NCBI RefSeq assembly: GCF_001194135.2
Contig: NC_068989.1
Span: 40,942,290 to 41,005,146, forward strand
Reading direction: 5' to 3'
DNA from: Octopus bimaculoides
Taxonomy: Eukaryota
DNA length: 62,857 nt
Shown here: in pieces, positions 48,513-61,879 of the stretch
Numbering within the stretch: the stretch's first letter is position 1
Layout: each line of letters opens with the position of its first letter
Notes under the pieces: generated by a model
The model's database searches: none
Seen by the model: only the letters and a program-made list of their open reading frames with translations
Told to the model about the DNA's origin: nothing
Program-made: the position numbers and the translations under genes

Positions 48513-49589
48513 AAGTATTTTAAATATTGAATCACTAGTAATTGTTGAAGCTAACTAGCACTTGCTCAAGCAGGTCACACAATAGCGTAACATTCTTGAA
48601 ATAACATTCAATTTTTCTTCAAATTGCACTCTCTCTTCTTTAAAAAATATTTAAAATTACTGCTTGTAAAGATGTTATTTATTTTTCGCTATTGCATGAT
48701 TCTTGAATTTCTTCGATCATGAACTGGAAAAACTATCACTCCGGATGATAAGTGAGAGATCGCTCGCATGTGATTAAACCACAAACGATCTCCTAAACTG
48801 CAAATTTCCATTCACACTGCCGACATTAATAAGTAGAAAACCCATGTTTGTTATCACATTTTCAAGTTCTCTCTTGAGCGGGTAATTCCAATATACTTTC
48901 AAGCTGCTCATTTTTATATAGAATTTAAACAAATATATAATTTTCCTACAGAGATTTTATGACAGTCAATGAAAGAAATTAAATCGTGTTTTCTTATTTT
49001 GTTTATCTCTCAAATATTCTTTTTCGCTCTCAGGACATAAGTTTTGATAAGTGTTTATANNNNNNNNNNNNNNNNNNNNNNNNNNNNNNNNNNNNNNNNN
49101 NNNNNNNNNNNNNNNNNNNNNNNNNNNNNNNNNNNNNNNNNNNNNNNNNNNNNNNNNNNNNNNNNNNNNNNNNNNNNNNNNNNNNNNNNNNNNNNNNNNN
49201 NNNNNNNNNNNNNNNNNNNNNNNNNNNNNNNNNNNNNNNNNNNNNNNNNNNNNNNNNNNNNNNNNNNNNNNNNNNNNNNNNNNNNNNNNNNNNNNNNNNN
49301 NNNNNNNNNNNNNNNNNNNNNNNNNNNNNNNNNNNNNNNNNNNNNNNNNNNNNNNNNNNNNNNNGGCAGATCGAGAAATTAATTTTTTGTAACAAAACAC
49401 TTTCAAACTTCGGACACTGGTAGAATGTGTAATATAAAACATCTTTTAATCTTAGTGTTGTTGAGCAAAGTTTATATTTTCAAAGTCATTTCGTGTTAAA
49501 GTTGTCGTATTTCGGTAATTTCAACCAATCAATGACGTGTATTCAGCTGAATAAAATTACTGCATCATTGTATTGTTTCCTCCTTCCGA

Positions 49590-49890
49590 ATGCTAACTAG
49601 GACACTGTAGAATGATTCTGTCGTAATCCAGAGCCTTGTACAATTCTGCAGGAAAACAATCCTTGTTGAGCACCTTGCCGCAGTTCGTTTCCTTAATCAC
49701 TTTTCTCACCTAGACCAAGAATGGTGAGTTGTTGAGATATTGAAGTTTTAGTACCTGGGGAATTTCATGAAGAGCTAACTGGTTGTCAATGGAGAAGTGG
49801 TTCAGGAGCTGATTGGAATTACCTCTCCATCTGGAAGTGATGCTCTGTTTACCTTTCGGTATACTGAGCTCTGACATTCAGCAAATAAAC
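49590..49890 (-). mobile_element. RTE-like LINE fragment (pre-RT region)
   Basis: LHEIPQ..LNNSPFLV*VRKVIKETNCGKVLNKDCFPAELYKAL resembles RTE LDxPPxxxEVxKAIxxxxxGKAPGxDGIPAELYK. Confidence 0.6.
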
Positions 49891-50699
49891 CATTTTCTTT
49901 CAGCTATATTCGTTTTAAAAGCAAACCTGGTAAATGCTATTTATTTATACCAACACACGTTGATTATTTCTTACTAATGCAAATGATCTACATCGATTCC
50001 CTCTTGATAACTATCTGCAATGAAAACTGTTTTTAACTGTTACATTAATTCATATTACGTTCATTTTCTTTCTTGTCCTATTAATCTTTCAAAGTAATAT
50101 TTGGAAATCCACTTAATTTCCAAGGATTTTAAAATATCAAAGACCTATTAAATTGATTGGTATTTTAAATTACTAAAACGTATTTAATGACTTGGCGTTT
50201 ACAATCTAATTTAGTAGTATCAACATCTCACATTTCAATCTATGTGCAACTTTTCTTTCTTTCTAAATACATAATAAAAGAAGAGCGTGTCACATGAACC
50301 GACTTTTGTAAGAAGTAAGGTTGTCAAGCTAGTTTCAATTTGCAACGGAAAACAACTCAGTTCATTTCCGGCAATAAAGGCCTTACAAACTGAGTCGTAC
50401 ACGTAACCAGATGTTAGTCTTGCCACCTGCAAATCTATAGCATTATGCCTTAACTGAGTAACTAATATGTTCACTCGACTCTTCTACAGCGTTTTTCGTG
50501 TTGACAGAAAACGTGAAGTATAGATGTACCACCAGACATCACACGCGAACGAGCATTACTTTGTAATATGTACAATGCATTTGCTAAATGTTTTAGGTGT
50601 GTATGTAGTCACTAGCAGGCATAGACACTCTATCAGTTCTTTCATTCTTGATTCAACAGAATATCAAGAATTTGGTGCCTGGGTGGGGAGAAGAGTGCA

Positions 50700-50835
50700 T
50701 TAGAACCTGGCTAGTACTCATTTACAGCTGAGTAAATACCAGCAACAACAAATGAAGCGCCTTGTTCAAGAATGCCCCGAACCAACAATCCAGGAATTGA
50801 AACCAAGTTTAAGATCGTGATCCGAATGCTAAGCA
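50700..50835 (-). mobile_element. SINE family C (degenerate)
   Basis: actcatttacagctgagta..aatgaagcgccttgttcaaga..ggaattgaaacc. Confidence 0.6.
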
Positions 50836-51002
50836 GCAGACAATGGACTTGCTGTCAAGAAATATTGATTTCACGTCTCAAATTCTTTGAAATTTGATTC
50901 AGTTTTGAACATTGCTCAACACTGATATATAGAGAGGATTCGAACTTTCAATCCCAAGGTTTATAATTTAGTTATCAGTCTTTGATTAAATTTTAGTTTA
51001 TA

Positions 51003-51335
51003 AACTGTGTGGTTAAGAAGTCCGTTTTGTAGCAACGTGGTTTCGGTTTCAGTCATTGCGCGGCAGTTTGGGTAATATACATCTACTATAGCTTCGGATC
51101 GATCAATGCCAATGTGTAAGTGAATATTTGCTTGTCCCCATGCGACGTTGGTTTGCTTACTTCTCCATAACTTATGTTTTGATTGTTTACGTACCCTCTA
51201 ACGTTCGACAAAAGAGCCGATTGAATTAGAAAAGAAACAGACTATACAAGAAATATTGGAATCGGCTCACAGGACTAAACCCTTCAAAGTGGTATCCCAG
51301 CCTGAACGCAGTCTAATGACAGAAACGAATAAATG
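51003..51335 (+). mobile_element. SINE family B (very degenerate)
   Basis: ctgtgtggttaagaagt..ctactatagc..caaaagagccgat..gcagtctaatgacagaaac. Confidence 0.6.
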
Positions 51336-53046
51336 GATTTGTATTTTCGACTCTGCTTTCAGAATAGATTGTCAGAATAGATTGTATTGTCGACTCTGCT
51401 TTCAGAATAGATTTTCTCAGTCACTGGATTTCTCTATATGTTCTTCAGAAAAGTTTCCCCTCCTCAATAAATTACCATCGTTTCGGAACATTAACTTGTC
51501 TAAGGACAAGGAAATTCAGTTTTTTCTATGTAGAAAATGTCTGTACACGAGTCATAAATAAAAAAAATTATTGCATTTTCTATATAACTGAATCATTTTG
51601 CAGAACAAACAGTTCTGAGAAAAACCAAGAGTAATTTAAACAGCTATCGGTTATTACAAAGAAATAGATCCATTCTGTTCTCTTAATAGTCATCATTAGT
51701 AATAGCAAACCACCTATACTTAACACAATAAGCGTATGTATCTCGTATCTATGAATATTAATCTAAATGTTAATAATACACATGACAATAGAGGGCATTC
51801 AAGCAAGGTGTGTTTAGTGAAGACAATACAAAACTAGAACGTATTCTAGATGTTCAACTAATAGAAAAATATGAAATGTACAAACAAATCGCTTTGTTTA
51901 ATGTAAAATGTAATCTATTGACGGAACGACGAAACGGATCGTTTTTTTTTGGGGGGGGGGCGTTCAACAGCCAACGGAATTCTCGACCATAACCTAACCA
52001 TAGAAGTAGATTTAAAATGTGCATAAATAGATTGGTTTCATGTGTTTGATATTGCTAAACGATTATTGTGTCGCATTCCAAACAATAAGTTATTTGATGA
52101 AGATCAAACTATAAGAAAGGCCTGTGGAGAAGAAGTGTAGGTGCGGTTATGGCTAGANNNNNNNNNNNNNNNNNNNNNNNNNNNNNNNNNNNNNNNNNNN
52201 NNNNNNNNNNNNNNNNNNNNNNNNNNNNNNNNNNNNNNNNNNNNNNNNNNNNNNNNNNNNNNNNNNNNNNNNNNNNNNNNNNNNNNNNNNNNNNNNNNNN
52301 NNNNNNNNNNNNNNNNNNNNNNNNNNNNNNNNNNNNNNNNNNNNNNNNNNNNNNNNNNNNNNNNNNNNNNNNNNNNNNNNNNNNNNNNNNNNNNNNNNNN
52401 NNNNNNNNNNNNNNNNNNNNNNNNNNNNNNNNNNNNNNNNNNNNNNNNNNNNNNNNNNNNNNNNNNNNNNNNNNNNNNNNNNNNNNNNNNNNNNNNNNNN
52501 NNNNNNNNNNNNNNNNNNNNNNNNNNNNNNNNNNNNNNNNNNNNNNNNNNNNNNNNNNNNNNNNNNNNNNNNNNNNNNNNNNNNNNNNNNNNNNNNNNNN
52601 NNNNNNNNNNNNNNNNNNNNNNNNNNNNNNNNNNNNNNNNNNNNNNNNNNNNNNNNNNNNNNNNNNNNNNNNNNNNNNNNNNNNNNNNNNNNNNNNNNNN
52701 NNNNNNNNNNNNNNNNNNNNNNNNNNNNNNNNNNNNNNNNNNNNNNNNNNNNNNNNNNNNNNNNNNNNNNNNNNNNNNNNNNNNNNNNNNNNNNNNNNNN
52801 NNNNNNNNNNNNNNNNNNNNNNNNNNNNNNNNNNNNNNNNNNNNNNNNNNNNNNNNNNNNNNNNNNNNNNNNNNNNNNNNNNNNNNNNNNNNNNNNNNNN
52901 NNNNNNNNNNNNNNNNNNNNNNNNNNNNNNNNNNNNNNNNNNNNNNNNNNNNNNNNNNNNNNNNNNNNNNNNNNNNNNNNNNNNNNNNNNNNNNNNNNNT
53001 CTTCACTCGATGGGAAAGGTTCAGAAGTATGGAGCATACGGAACCC

Positions 53047-53375
53047 ATGCTCCATACTTCTGAACCTTTCCCATCGAGTGAAGATACTTCTCTATAGCAG
53101 TTTCGGAGCATTCCATTTTCTCTGCCAGTTCCCTTCTTGTTTGACGAGAATTTCCGTGCAAAAGTTGGTTTAATCGCTTTTCATCGAACTCAACTGGACA
53201 GCCAGAACGAAGGGCGTCTTTGAGGTCGAAATTTCCATTTTTGAATTTGGCATACCAATCACGAGCGGTTCTTTCAGTTATGGCACCCTCTCCATACACA
53301 GCACAAATGTTGCGGGCAGCTTTTGCAACCTTAGAACCTTGATTAAAGGCAAAAAGAGGGAGGTGTCGAAAATAA
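53047..53375 (-). mobile_element. Mariner N-terminal fragment, interrupted upstream by the L1 and downstream by a fold-back and gap
   Basis: FRH..LFAFNQG..AARNICAVYGEGAI..WYAKFKNG..RELAEKMECS..YGAWVP. Confidence 0.85.
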
Positions 53376-53567
53376 ACAAAAATTAACTAAAGTTAACTAG
53401 AGAAAAAACAAAATAGATTCCAAAATGATTCAAAAATAGAACTCTCGAAAAAATAGATTCCAAAATTTAAAAATGCAATAAATTCCAAAATTTAAAAAGA
53501 CGGCGGGAACTTAGTTGCCAACCCAATAGCATACTCTTGTGGATCCACAGGAAGTAACAATAGAGGA

Positions 53568-55985
53568 TTACTTCCCATTTGCAAACTCATGGTAGAGCAT
53601 CCACTTTCTATAAAACTCATCTTGCTTACTTGTATTGTAAGATGTTTTTTTTTTTTCAGTAAGCTACCTGTCCTGAACAAAGTATCAAAAATATTTGAGG
53701 CTAAGAATGGTTTTTGATTCTTTGCTTTTATTTCTAAAAAATGTTGCTAGTTATATTAGCAGGTCAAGGATACCATCAGTATATGTATTCTTTCTTAACC
53801 CGAACACAATAGGCATTTTTCGTGTAGCAGATCTAGGAAGCATTGGCAAAAGGCTTGTACGTTTTCACAATACCAAAACAGGTGTGATATTATCTCTACT
53901 TCACGTTGACAAAACGTGCATAGGTTGCTTTCAGCTAATTTGATCTTAAATAGGAGAGAATTAGTTGTTAGACTATTATGTATAATTCTGAGCTGAAACC
54001 ATCGCAATTTAGTATCCGTTGTCGTCTTTACAGGTAGTACAAACATTTTTTCTCATTCCAGTTCAGCAAGCATACACTCTTCTCATTTATGTTTGAATTT
54101 TAAACAAATATCAACTGTGCTTAGGACATAGAAATACCATTTGGCTCCTTTCTTAACAGACATGATCCTTCGGATAGCTGTCTTATCATCTAATTGTTTG
54201 AAAAGAAGTAGGGTAGGTTTGTTTATCTTTAACCTTATTTGGTAGCCTTTAATGGCCCTGATAAGACCACTATACTGGAGAAAATTTGTACGTAGTTCAA
54301 AAGCAATCTGGAATTCTTAAAGGGTGCGATATGACCCATCTAAGTTGATAAAATCACGAATCTGACTAACATCTTTCTCAAACCACGCAGAAAAAAAGAT
54401 TACCTCTTTACTGACTTTTAAGTGTTTATTATAGAAAATTGGTTCGGTTATGAATTCACCAAATGAATTAGGCTCTGTCTTATTTGCAAAGTTATCGAAA
54501 GCAGAAATACACTCATGCCAAAAATCATTCTTCATATCCTTGGCGAATTTACTCGGAAAAACGTTACCAAATACAGCTAATTTTTCAGTTTGGTAGAGGA
54601 GGCATAGAACAAGTGTGTCCATTTGGATTCATAATTAATATCTAAGAACTTTCTCATCCTGGATAGCTTTAAAGAGCTGACATAAGCAGAAGCTTCCACC
54701 ATACCAAGTCCACCTCCTTTAACAGGCTTACAAGCAACAACTCTTAATTTTATCGGGTTTTCCACTCCAGAGAAATTTAGATCATATTTTGTTTAATTCC
54801 TAGAGAAATTTACCCGGTAGATTTGAGAGAATAAGGAAGAGAGAGTTCGATTTTGTAATGAGCAGTGACTTTATAACAGCAATTCTATCAGGTGGTGTAA
54901 TTATTCTTTTCATCCATCTGTTGATTATTACTTGAATCTCAAATAATTTATTTTCAAAATTCTTTTTAGCCATAACATTTAAATCTATTGAAAATATTGA
55001 AGTGATCTGAGTTCCGTTGTATATTTAAATTAGGTAAGTATCTGACTGGGCTGTCCCTTCTTGCACCTAGCCATATCACGTGAGACTTATCATAGTTAAT
55101 TTTAAGCCCGGATATATCAGCGTAAAAGTTCAGTGTCAACTGTAGCTTCAAAAGACTCTTGTGAACCATCTAAAATGAATGCTGTATCGTCTGCATACTG
55201 CGTCAACAGATACTCACCATTATCAATTGTAATACCTCTAATATTTCTGTTCTTTCTTATAAGACCAGCCAGGACCTCGACACAGAGGATGAAAATATAT
55301 GGAGAGAGAGAATCGCCCTGTCTACAACCCCACTCAACAGGAAACCAAGGAGACAATGTACCATTAATAATCAGATCTAGCACCATTGTAAAGAATATTG
55401 AACACCAGAAAGAAATCTAGCCTTGCTTGTCTAATAGGCTTTGAACGTCTCCTTGTGTTTCCGGGTCATGATCTCTCCAAACATATACAAGAGGTCGAGG
55501 TCCCCCATCATATCGATCACTTGCTTTCTAGCGTTAGGATTGTTTATATGTTGATAATCGGAAGTATCTAAAGACTGCTGCAGATAAATATTAAAATCCC
55601 CAACTATAATACAATGGGAGTTTCCAAAATTCTTGATTTTATCCATCGCCACAGCATAAAACTGCGGTTCATCTGCATTTGGATCATATATGTTACTTAA
55701 AGTTATACTTCTCTTACAATCAGGAGGTTGCCTTTGCCATTCCCGAAACTGCCATGTACCTTATAATCAATTTCATTAGAAAGCAAGATGGCAACTCCCA
55801 TTGACTGACCATCATTACCATTAAATACTGCCTCAGCGCTCTATTCACTTCTAATAAGTGGTTATCTTGCAAGAAGTAGATTGTATGTCTTATGGCTCTC
55901 AAAAATGCAAAACATCCTTTCTTTTGATATGATCATTAAGGCCCCTATAGTTGACTGAACATATAGGTATGTTTAGGTCATCCAT
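53568..55985 (-). pseudogene. L1-type ORF2 (APE endonuclease, RT, zf-RVT), disrupted
   Basis: SVNYRGL, ITLSNIY.PN, IVGDFN, ARLDFFL; GCRQGDSLSPYIF and QYADDT; CTFC..E..SHLFWYC. The RT N-terminal half is missing. Confidence 0.85.
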
Positions 55986-56737
55986 TTAGCAAATGATGAG
56001 AAAAGGTATTGGCATGAAACCTCATGCCTTCTAGTACAAGATACACGTTTAAACACACACAGTAGCTAACATTCATACCTTCCCTTCACACACAAACACA
56101 CACACACACACACACACACTTAGGAAACATTTTAATCAGAGCTTTCCTTCCTTCATGAGGCATAGCTACTTGGTTTAGATACAATTGAATTGTGTCACGG
56201 TCATACTCAACAAATGAAAATGTAAACCTGACCTTATTCATGACAGAAGAAAAATAAAAGAAATGACAATTCCCGAACTCAAAGCTTCCTTTCCGAAGGA
56301 AGTGTGCATCAACGTTTTATATTTAGCTAGGGTAGGTTTTTTTCCGGGTATTGCTGTTGGTGATATGTCATGTGTGAATGGATTATATGTGGTTTGTGGG
56401 GTATTTTTTTTTTAATAAGTGTAAAGATGTTTAGTAAAAGTTCTTTGTAATGGTCCGATGTCATTTGGGTATTTTTCTTTTAAGACTGTGTATGAGATAT
56501 TGTCTGTGTATACAAATTTTATATTTTCCGCTATGTTTGTGAGTGTTGGGACTGCATGTGATATGTTCCTTTTTATTCATCAGTTCTACTAAATTGGTGT
56601 TGTTCGTGTTGAATGCGGTTATGTTTATTACTGTACCTGTGAGTAATGGGTTGTGTGTTTGAGTTTTGTGGGGAGGGATACATGTGGGTGTTTCGGTGTT
56701 TTTTGATGGTATTGTGGGGGGAGAGGTATTCATCCTC

Positions 56738-57812
56738 TTAAGTCTTTTTTTGACCGCCCTTCATTTGCTCTCCATTTCTAAGGATGCGGATGGAGTTGTT
56801 TTTTTTTAGGCGAATCTCATTTGTTGTTTTGTCTCTTCTCACGCTATTATTGGTGTGTGTTGTTTTTTTTATGGTATTGGTTGTCACTTTTTGGGTTCCA
56901 CTGGCTTTGTCGGTTTGTGGGGGGTTACTAGCCATAGGGGGTGCTATTGGTGCTTTGTCTTGTGGGCATGTGGTTTTGATATGCCCTTTCATGCCGCACT
57001 TGTAGCACCTTGGCTTTCGCCCCTCCACTAATGATCTTAGTGTGGCTTCGTCCGGCAGTAAAATTTCATCTGGCAATTCTTCCAGGTCCTACTGGGTGGC
57101 CTGGATTAACAGTTCCAGGTCTTGACCCCCACCAGTTCTGCTGGTGCAGCTTGGTGACTTGAAGGATCGTGATTTTATATTCCAAGTTTAGTAGTACAGC
57201 TTCCACCAGCCACGCCAAGTCGATCTCCGGTGGGACCTCCCCTATTTTGACTTTTGATGTCCGCTTGCCTAAATATGTTGGCAGTAGCACTAGTTCTGAT
57301 AACTTTCGGGGAGTTGTCGAATGCATCTTGGCTTCTTCTTCCGAAGTGAAACTTGCTTCGACAGTTCCGAAGCGCTTTCTTCTGACTATCTGTGTTATAT
57401 TTTGCCGTATCGGCTGTAGGCATTTTTCGATTGCTTCTTTAGTAGCCATTTCAATTTTTTTCCGTTTTGAGCGATAAGATTTTGTACACTATTGTTTGAC
57501 TATTTGCAACGTGCATCACTTCCCCAGGTAGGGTCAGTTTTACATTGTTCCCTCCTTTTGTAATAAACACTTGTATTAAACACTTGTATTTCTCCAGTTC
57601 GTTCGAGCCGACCGGCACTATTTCGCTCGTGACACCGGCTACAGACGCAAAGTTAACTTCGTTATTCCTATTTTTCGGATTCGTTTCATTTTGTATTTCT
57701 TGATCGGGTATATCATCCTTTACCCTCGTTTCGCGACTTGAGAGGGAGGAGAACGTTTCTTCATATAATTCGCCTAATAGGAGTGCATGCACCCCGTTTT
57801 CCGGTTCGGTAT
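56738..57812 (-). pseudogene. LINE ORF1 (RRM-like region plus CCHC zinc knuckle), frameshifted
   Basis: Three overlapping ORF pieces: ..FGTVEASF..LLPTYLGKRTSKVKIGEVPP..VEGRKPRCYKCGMKGHIKTTC. Confidence 0.75.
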
Positions 57813-58258
57813 CCATGTGTAAAATTTTACACAAAAAGAGAAAAGATAAAATAATCCGCCTCTCAAAATGGGGAATTCAGAAAAACACAACACTGCTCAC
57901 GCTGATAGTGTGTCGGAAGGATTCAGAAAACAGTAAAAGGTGGTAACATATAAGCAAAAACGTAACAATTTAAATAAACAAGTTGTATGAGGAAAACTTA
58001 CCTTCACTTCAGGAGTAGCAAAGAAACAATCTATAATTATTTCATTCCGTGAATTGGATTTAGTAGCCCAAAACTGTACAGAAAACTGTCGTCCATAAAT
58101 AGGCATATACATATGTGTGTATATATGTTTCTCTCCCCCCTCTCTCTCTCTAAATATATATATATATAAACATATATATATGTGTGTGTGTGTATGTGTG
58201 TGTATGTGTGTATGTATATATTTAGATATATACATATCTATATTTAGAGATATATATA

Positions 58259-58259
<1 letters not shown>

Positions 58260-58322
<63 letters not shown>
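58260..58322. repeat. (TG)n microsatellite
   Basis: Pure TG run within a larger TA/TG low-complexity block (58105-58335). Confidence 0.96.
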
Positions 58323-58327
<5 letters not shown>

Positions 58328-60590
58328 ATATAATTAAGAGAAAAAAAAACACAATTATTGAATTCATCCATGAAAATCCACAATCACATATAGAAAAATC
58401 TAATAAGTAAATACACTAAAAAGACCTATAATAAATATCAAAAAAGTACAAAGTAATAAATATTAAAATACTAAATGACTACACGTGTTTCATAACCACA
58501 TTTTCAAATAGAAAATAAAATAAAAATCAAATCGATTCAAATTGATTCAAAATAAATCGATCGAAAATCAATTCTATTCAAAAACATAGCTAATCTTCGA
58601 GTCAAAATACAATAATAATAATAAAATGAATGTATATGTATCGACTAACAATAAATATCAAATGAATTCACATAAGAATATTTATTTTACCAATAAATAA
58701 AAGAAAAACATTTAACAATATTACTGAAAATAAATGCAATACTTATCTTATCGAAGCTTTAGTTTAAACTAAAATTTTAANNNNNNNNNNNNNNNNNNNN
58801 NNNNNNNNNNNNNNNNNNNNNNNNNNNNNNNNNNNNNNNNNNNNNNNNNNNNNNNNNNNNNNNNNNNNNNNNNNNNNNNNNNNNNNNNNNNNNNNNNNNN
58901 NNNNNNNNNNNNNNNNNNNNNNNNNNNNNNNNNNNNNNNNNNNNNNNNNNNNNNNNNNNNNNNNNNNNNNNNNNNNNNNNNNNNNNNNNNNNNNNNNNNN
59001 NNNNNNNNNNNNNNNNNNNNNNNNNNNNNNNNNNNNNNNNNNNNNNNNNNNNNNNNNNNNNNNNNNNNNNNNNNNNNNNNNNNNNNNNNNNNNNNNNNNN
59101 NNNNNNNNNNNNNNNNNNNNNNNNNNNNNNNNNNNNNNNNNNNNNNNNNNNNNNNNNNNNNNNNNNNNNNNNNNNNNNNNNNNNNNNNNNNNNNNNNNNN
59201 NNNNNNNNNNNNNNNNNNNNNNNNNNNNNNNNNNNNNNNNNNNNNNNNNNNNNNNNNNNNNNNNNNNNNNNNNNNNNNNNNNNNNNNNNNNNNNNNNNNN
59301 NNNNNNNNNNNNNNNNNNNNNNNNNNNNNNNNNNNNNNNNNNNNNNNNNNNNNNNNNNNNNNNNNNNNNNNNNNNNNNNNNNNNNNNNNNNNNNNNNNNN
59401 NNNNNNNNNNNNNNNNNNNNNNNNNNNNNNNNNNNNNNNNNNNNNNNNNNNNNNNNNNNNNNNNNNNNNNNNNNNNNNNNNNNNNNNNNNNNNNNNNNNN
59501 NNNNNNNNNNNNNNNNNNNNNNNNNNNNNNNNNNNNNNNNNNNNNNNNNNNNNNNNNNNNNNNNNNNNNNNNNNNNNNNNNNNNNNNNNNNNNNNNNNNN
59601 NNNNNNNNNNNNNNNNNNNNNNNNNNNNNNNNNNNNNNNNNNNNNNNNNNNNNNNNNNNNNNNNNNNNNNNNNNNNNNNNNNNNNNTTAATTTATTGTTT
59701 TGTGTGGGTTGTAGGGATAAGATTTTTAAACCCCAGTAGGTGTTTGGCTGTTCTTAGAAATGATGCCAAATCTATTTATAGAAATGATGATATCTGAGAG
59801 ATTTTTTGTGTTTTGGTTACAGGGATAAGATTTTTAAACCCCAAGTAAGATGGATTTAATCATTGTTTGTTAAGAGTGGGTTTGAATTTCTTAATAAAGT
59901 CCTTTTCTTTGCATTTTCTTTCAATTTCATTCCGGTTATAAAGTTTATGGAATGGAAATATAATAAAAGTTTGATGACCACATGTTGCTAGATGGTTACT
60001 GAGTGGTATTTGGCGGACTTCTGGGTTTTTAATCTGTTGTCGATGTACCCGTGAGCGTTCCGAACTTATATATATATAAGTTCTTGGATAATTTTCGAAT
60101 TTTCTAAGTTGGCTTTTTTTATTTCCGGTGAGGAGCTGCGCCTGCGCAGTAGATTTGAAAAATTAGGATGTATAAACGGGAGGCAAATAATTGATTGCCT
60201 CGTGTTTATATATTTTAATCTAAGATGTACCTGTTGATAACGACTTCACCTAGCAAATTATCTTATTTGCTACTCTAAAGTCAGAAACCAATTGGTCCAA
60301 AAAATAGATGGTAAAAGTTTTTCTTTTTTCATAACGTTCTCAGTACGTTCCTTTCGGGATTTTATCCCTAATTTTCTGGTTCTAGAACCTAGCTGTTCTT
60401 TCTAGCGTAAGGAATCCCATGAGTGGATTCCTCTCATGTGTTTAAATATACACTGTATCTTATAAGTAATTCATAGTCTTTGGACTAAATTTTTATACGC
60501 TAGGCCACTGGAAGTGAAAATTTTTATTAATTTCTATTTCCCTTCGATATGATTAAGTATAAATGTATTTATATATATGTTAACATATAT

Positions 60591-60990
60591 GTAGGAGTGG
60601 CTGTGTGGTAAGTAGTTTGCTTACGAACCACATGGTTCCGGGTTCAGTCCCACTGCGTGGCACCTTGGGCAAGTGTCTTCTATTATAGCCTCGGGCCGAC
60701 CACAGCCCTGTGAGTGGATTTGGTAGATAGAACTGAAAGAAGCCCGTCGGATATATGTATATATATATATATGTATATGTGTATATGTTTGTGTGTCTGT
60801 ATTTGTCCCCACAACATCGCTTGACAATCGATGCTGATGTGTTTACGTCCCCGTAACTTAGCGGTTCGGCAAAAGAACCCGAGAGAATAAGTGGTATTCT
60901 TACAAAGAATAAGTCCTTGGGTCGGTTTTCTCGACTAATGGTGGTGCTCCAGCATGGCCACAATCAAATGACTGAAACAAGTAAAAGAGT
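60591..60990 (+). mobile_element. SINE family B, full length and well conserved
   Basis: ggagtggctgtgtggtaagtag (A-box-like), gggttcagtccc (B-box-like), ggcaccttgggcaagtgtcttc (CORE-like), internal TA/TG tract, 3' end tgactgaaacaagtaaaag. Confidence 0.9.
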
Positions 60991-61069
60991 AAATATACAT
61001 ATCTATAGATTGATAGATAAATATATTTACATATATATATATATAGATATAAAATTTTATATATATATT

Positions 61070-61104
<35 letters not shown>

Positions 61105-61879
61105 NNNNNNNNNNNNNNNNNNNNNNNNNNNNNNNNNNNNNNNNNNNNNNNNNNNNNNNNNNNNNNNNNNNNNNNNNNNNNNNNNNNNNNNNNNNNNNNN
61201 NNNNNNNNNNNNNNNNNNNNNNNNNNNNNNNNNNNNNNNNNNNNNNNNNNNNNNNNNNNNNNNNNNNNNNNNNNNNNNNNNNNNNNNNNNNNNNNNNNNN
61301 NNNNNNNNNNNNNNNNNNNNNNNNNNNNNNNNNNNNNNNNNNNNNNNNNNNNNNNNNNNNNNNNNNNNNNNNNNNNNNNNNNNNNNNNNNNNNNNNNNNN
61401 NNNNNNNNNNNNNNNNNNNNNNNNNNNNNNNNNNNNNNNNNNNNNNNNNNNNNNNNNNNNNNNNNNNNNNNNNNNNNNNNNNNNNNNNNNNNNNNNNNNN
61501 NNNNNNNNNNNNNNNNNNNNNNNNNNNNNNNNNNNNNNNNNNNNNNNNNNNNNNNNNNNNNNNNNNNNNNNNNNNNNTATATATATATATACACACAAAT
61601 TAAAAGGGTAAATGATTATCAATTTATTAATTAATAAATCAATTAATAATTAATAATTTTTACCAAGCCCATCGGTGCGGTATCACTTGTCGCGCACATG
61701 GTAATTTCTTGAAGGAAGGACAGTTAGACTGGCTGACCGAGGTAGATTCGGTTATGCTTTCAGATCTGTGTCGGTGTAGAATGTTACTCGTTCATACTTG
61801 CACAGTTTGCTAGCATAGTCGAATTTACTGTTGGAATACCGTATTGATGAAGGAAATTGAGTATATATATATATGTCTC

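Larger units (their letters stand above)
53380..57900 (-). mobile_element. L1/Tx1-like LINE with 5' UTR, ORF1, spacer, internally deleted ORF2 and 3' UTR
   Basis: ORF1 with a CCHC knuckle, followed by ORF2 with APE, RT and zinc-finger motifs on the same strand. The ORF1-ORF2 linkage is inferred from collinearity. Confidence 0.75.

Noticed and set aside
50235-50474. 79-aa minus-strand ORF in non-repeat sequence
   Set aside because: Non-ATG start, no motif and no supporting neighbouring exons.
53380-57900. Fanzor/TnpB or other RNA-guided nuclease associated with any transposon here
   Set aside because: No RuvC-like motifs in any ORF; all coding remnants fit RT, APE, REL, GIY-YIG, integrase or DDE/D families.
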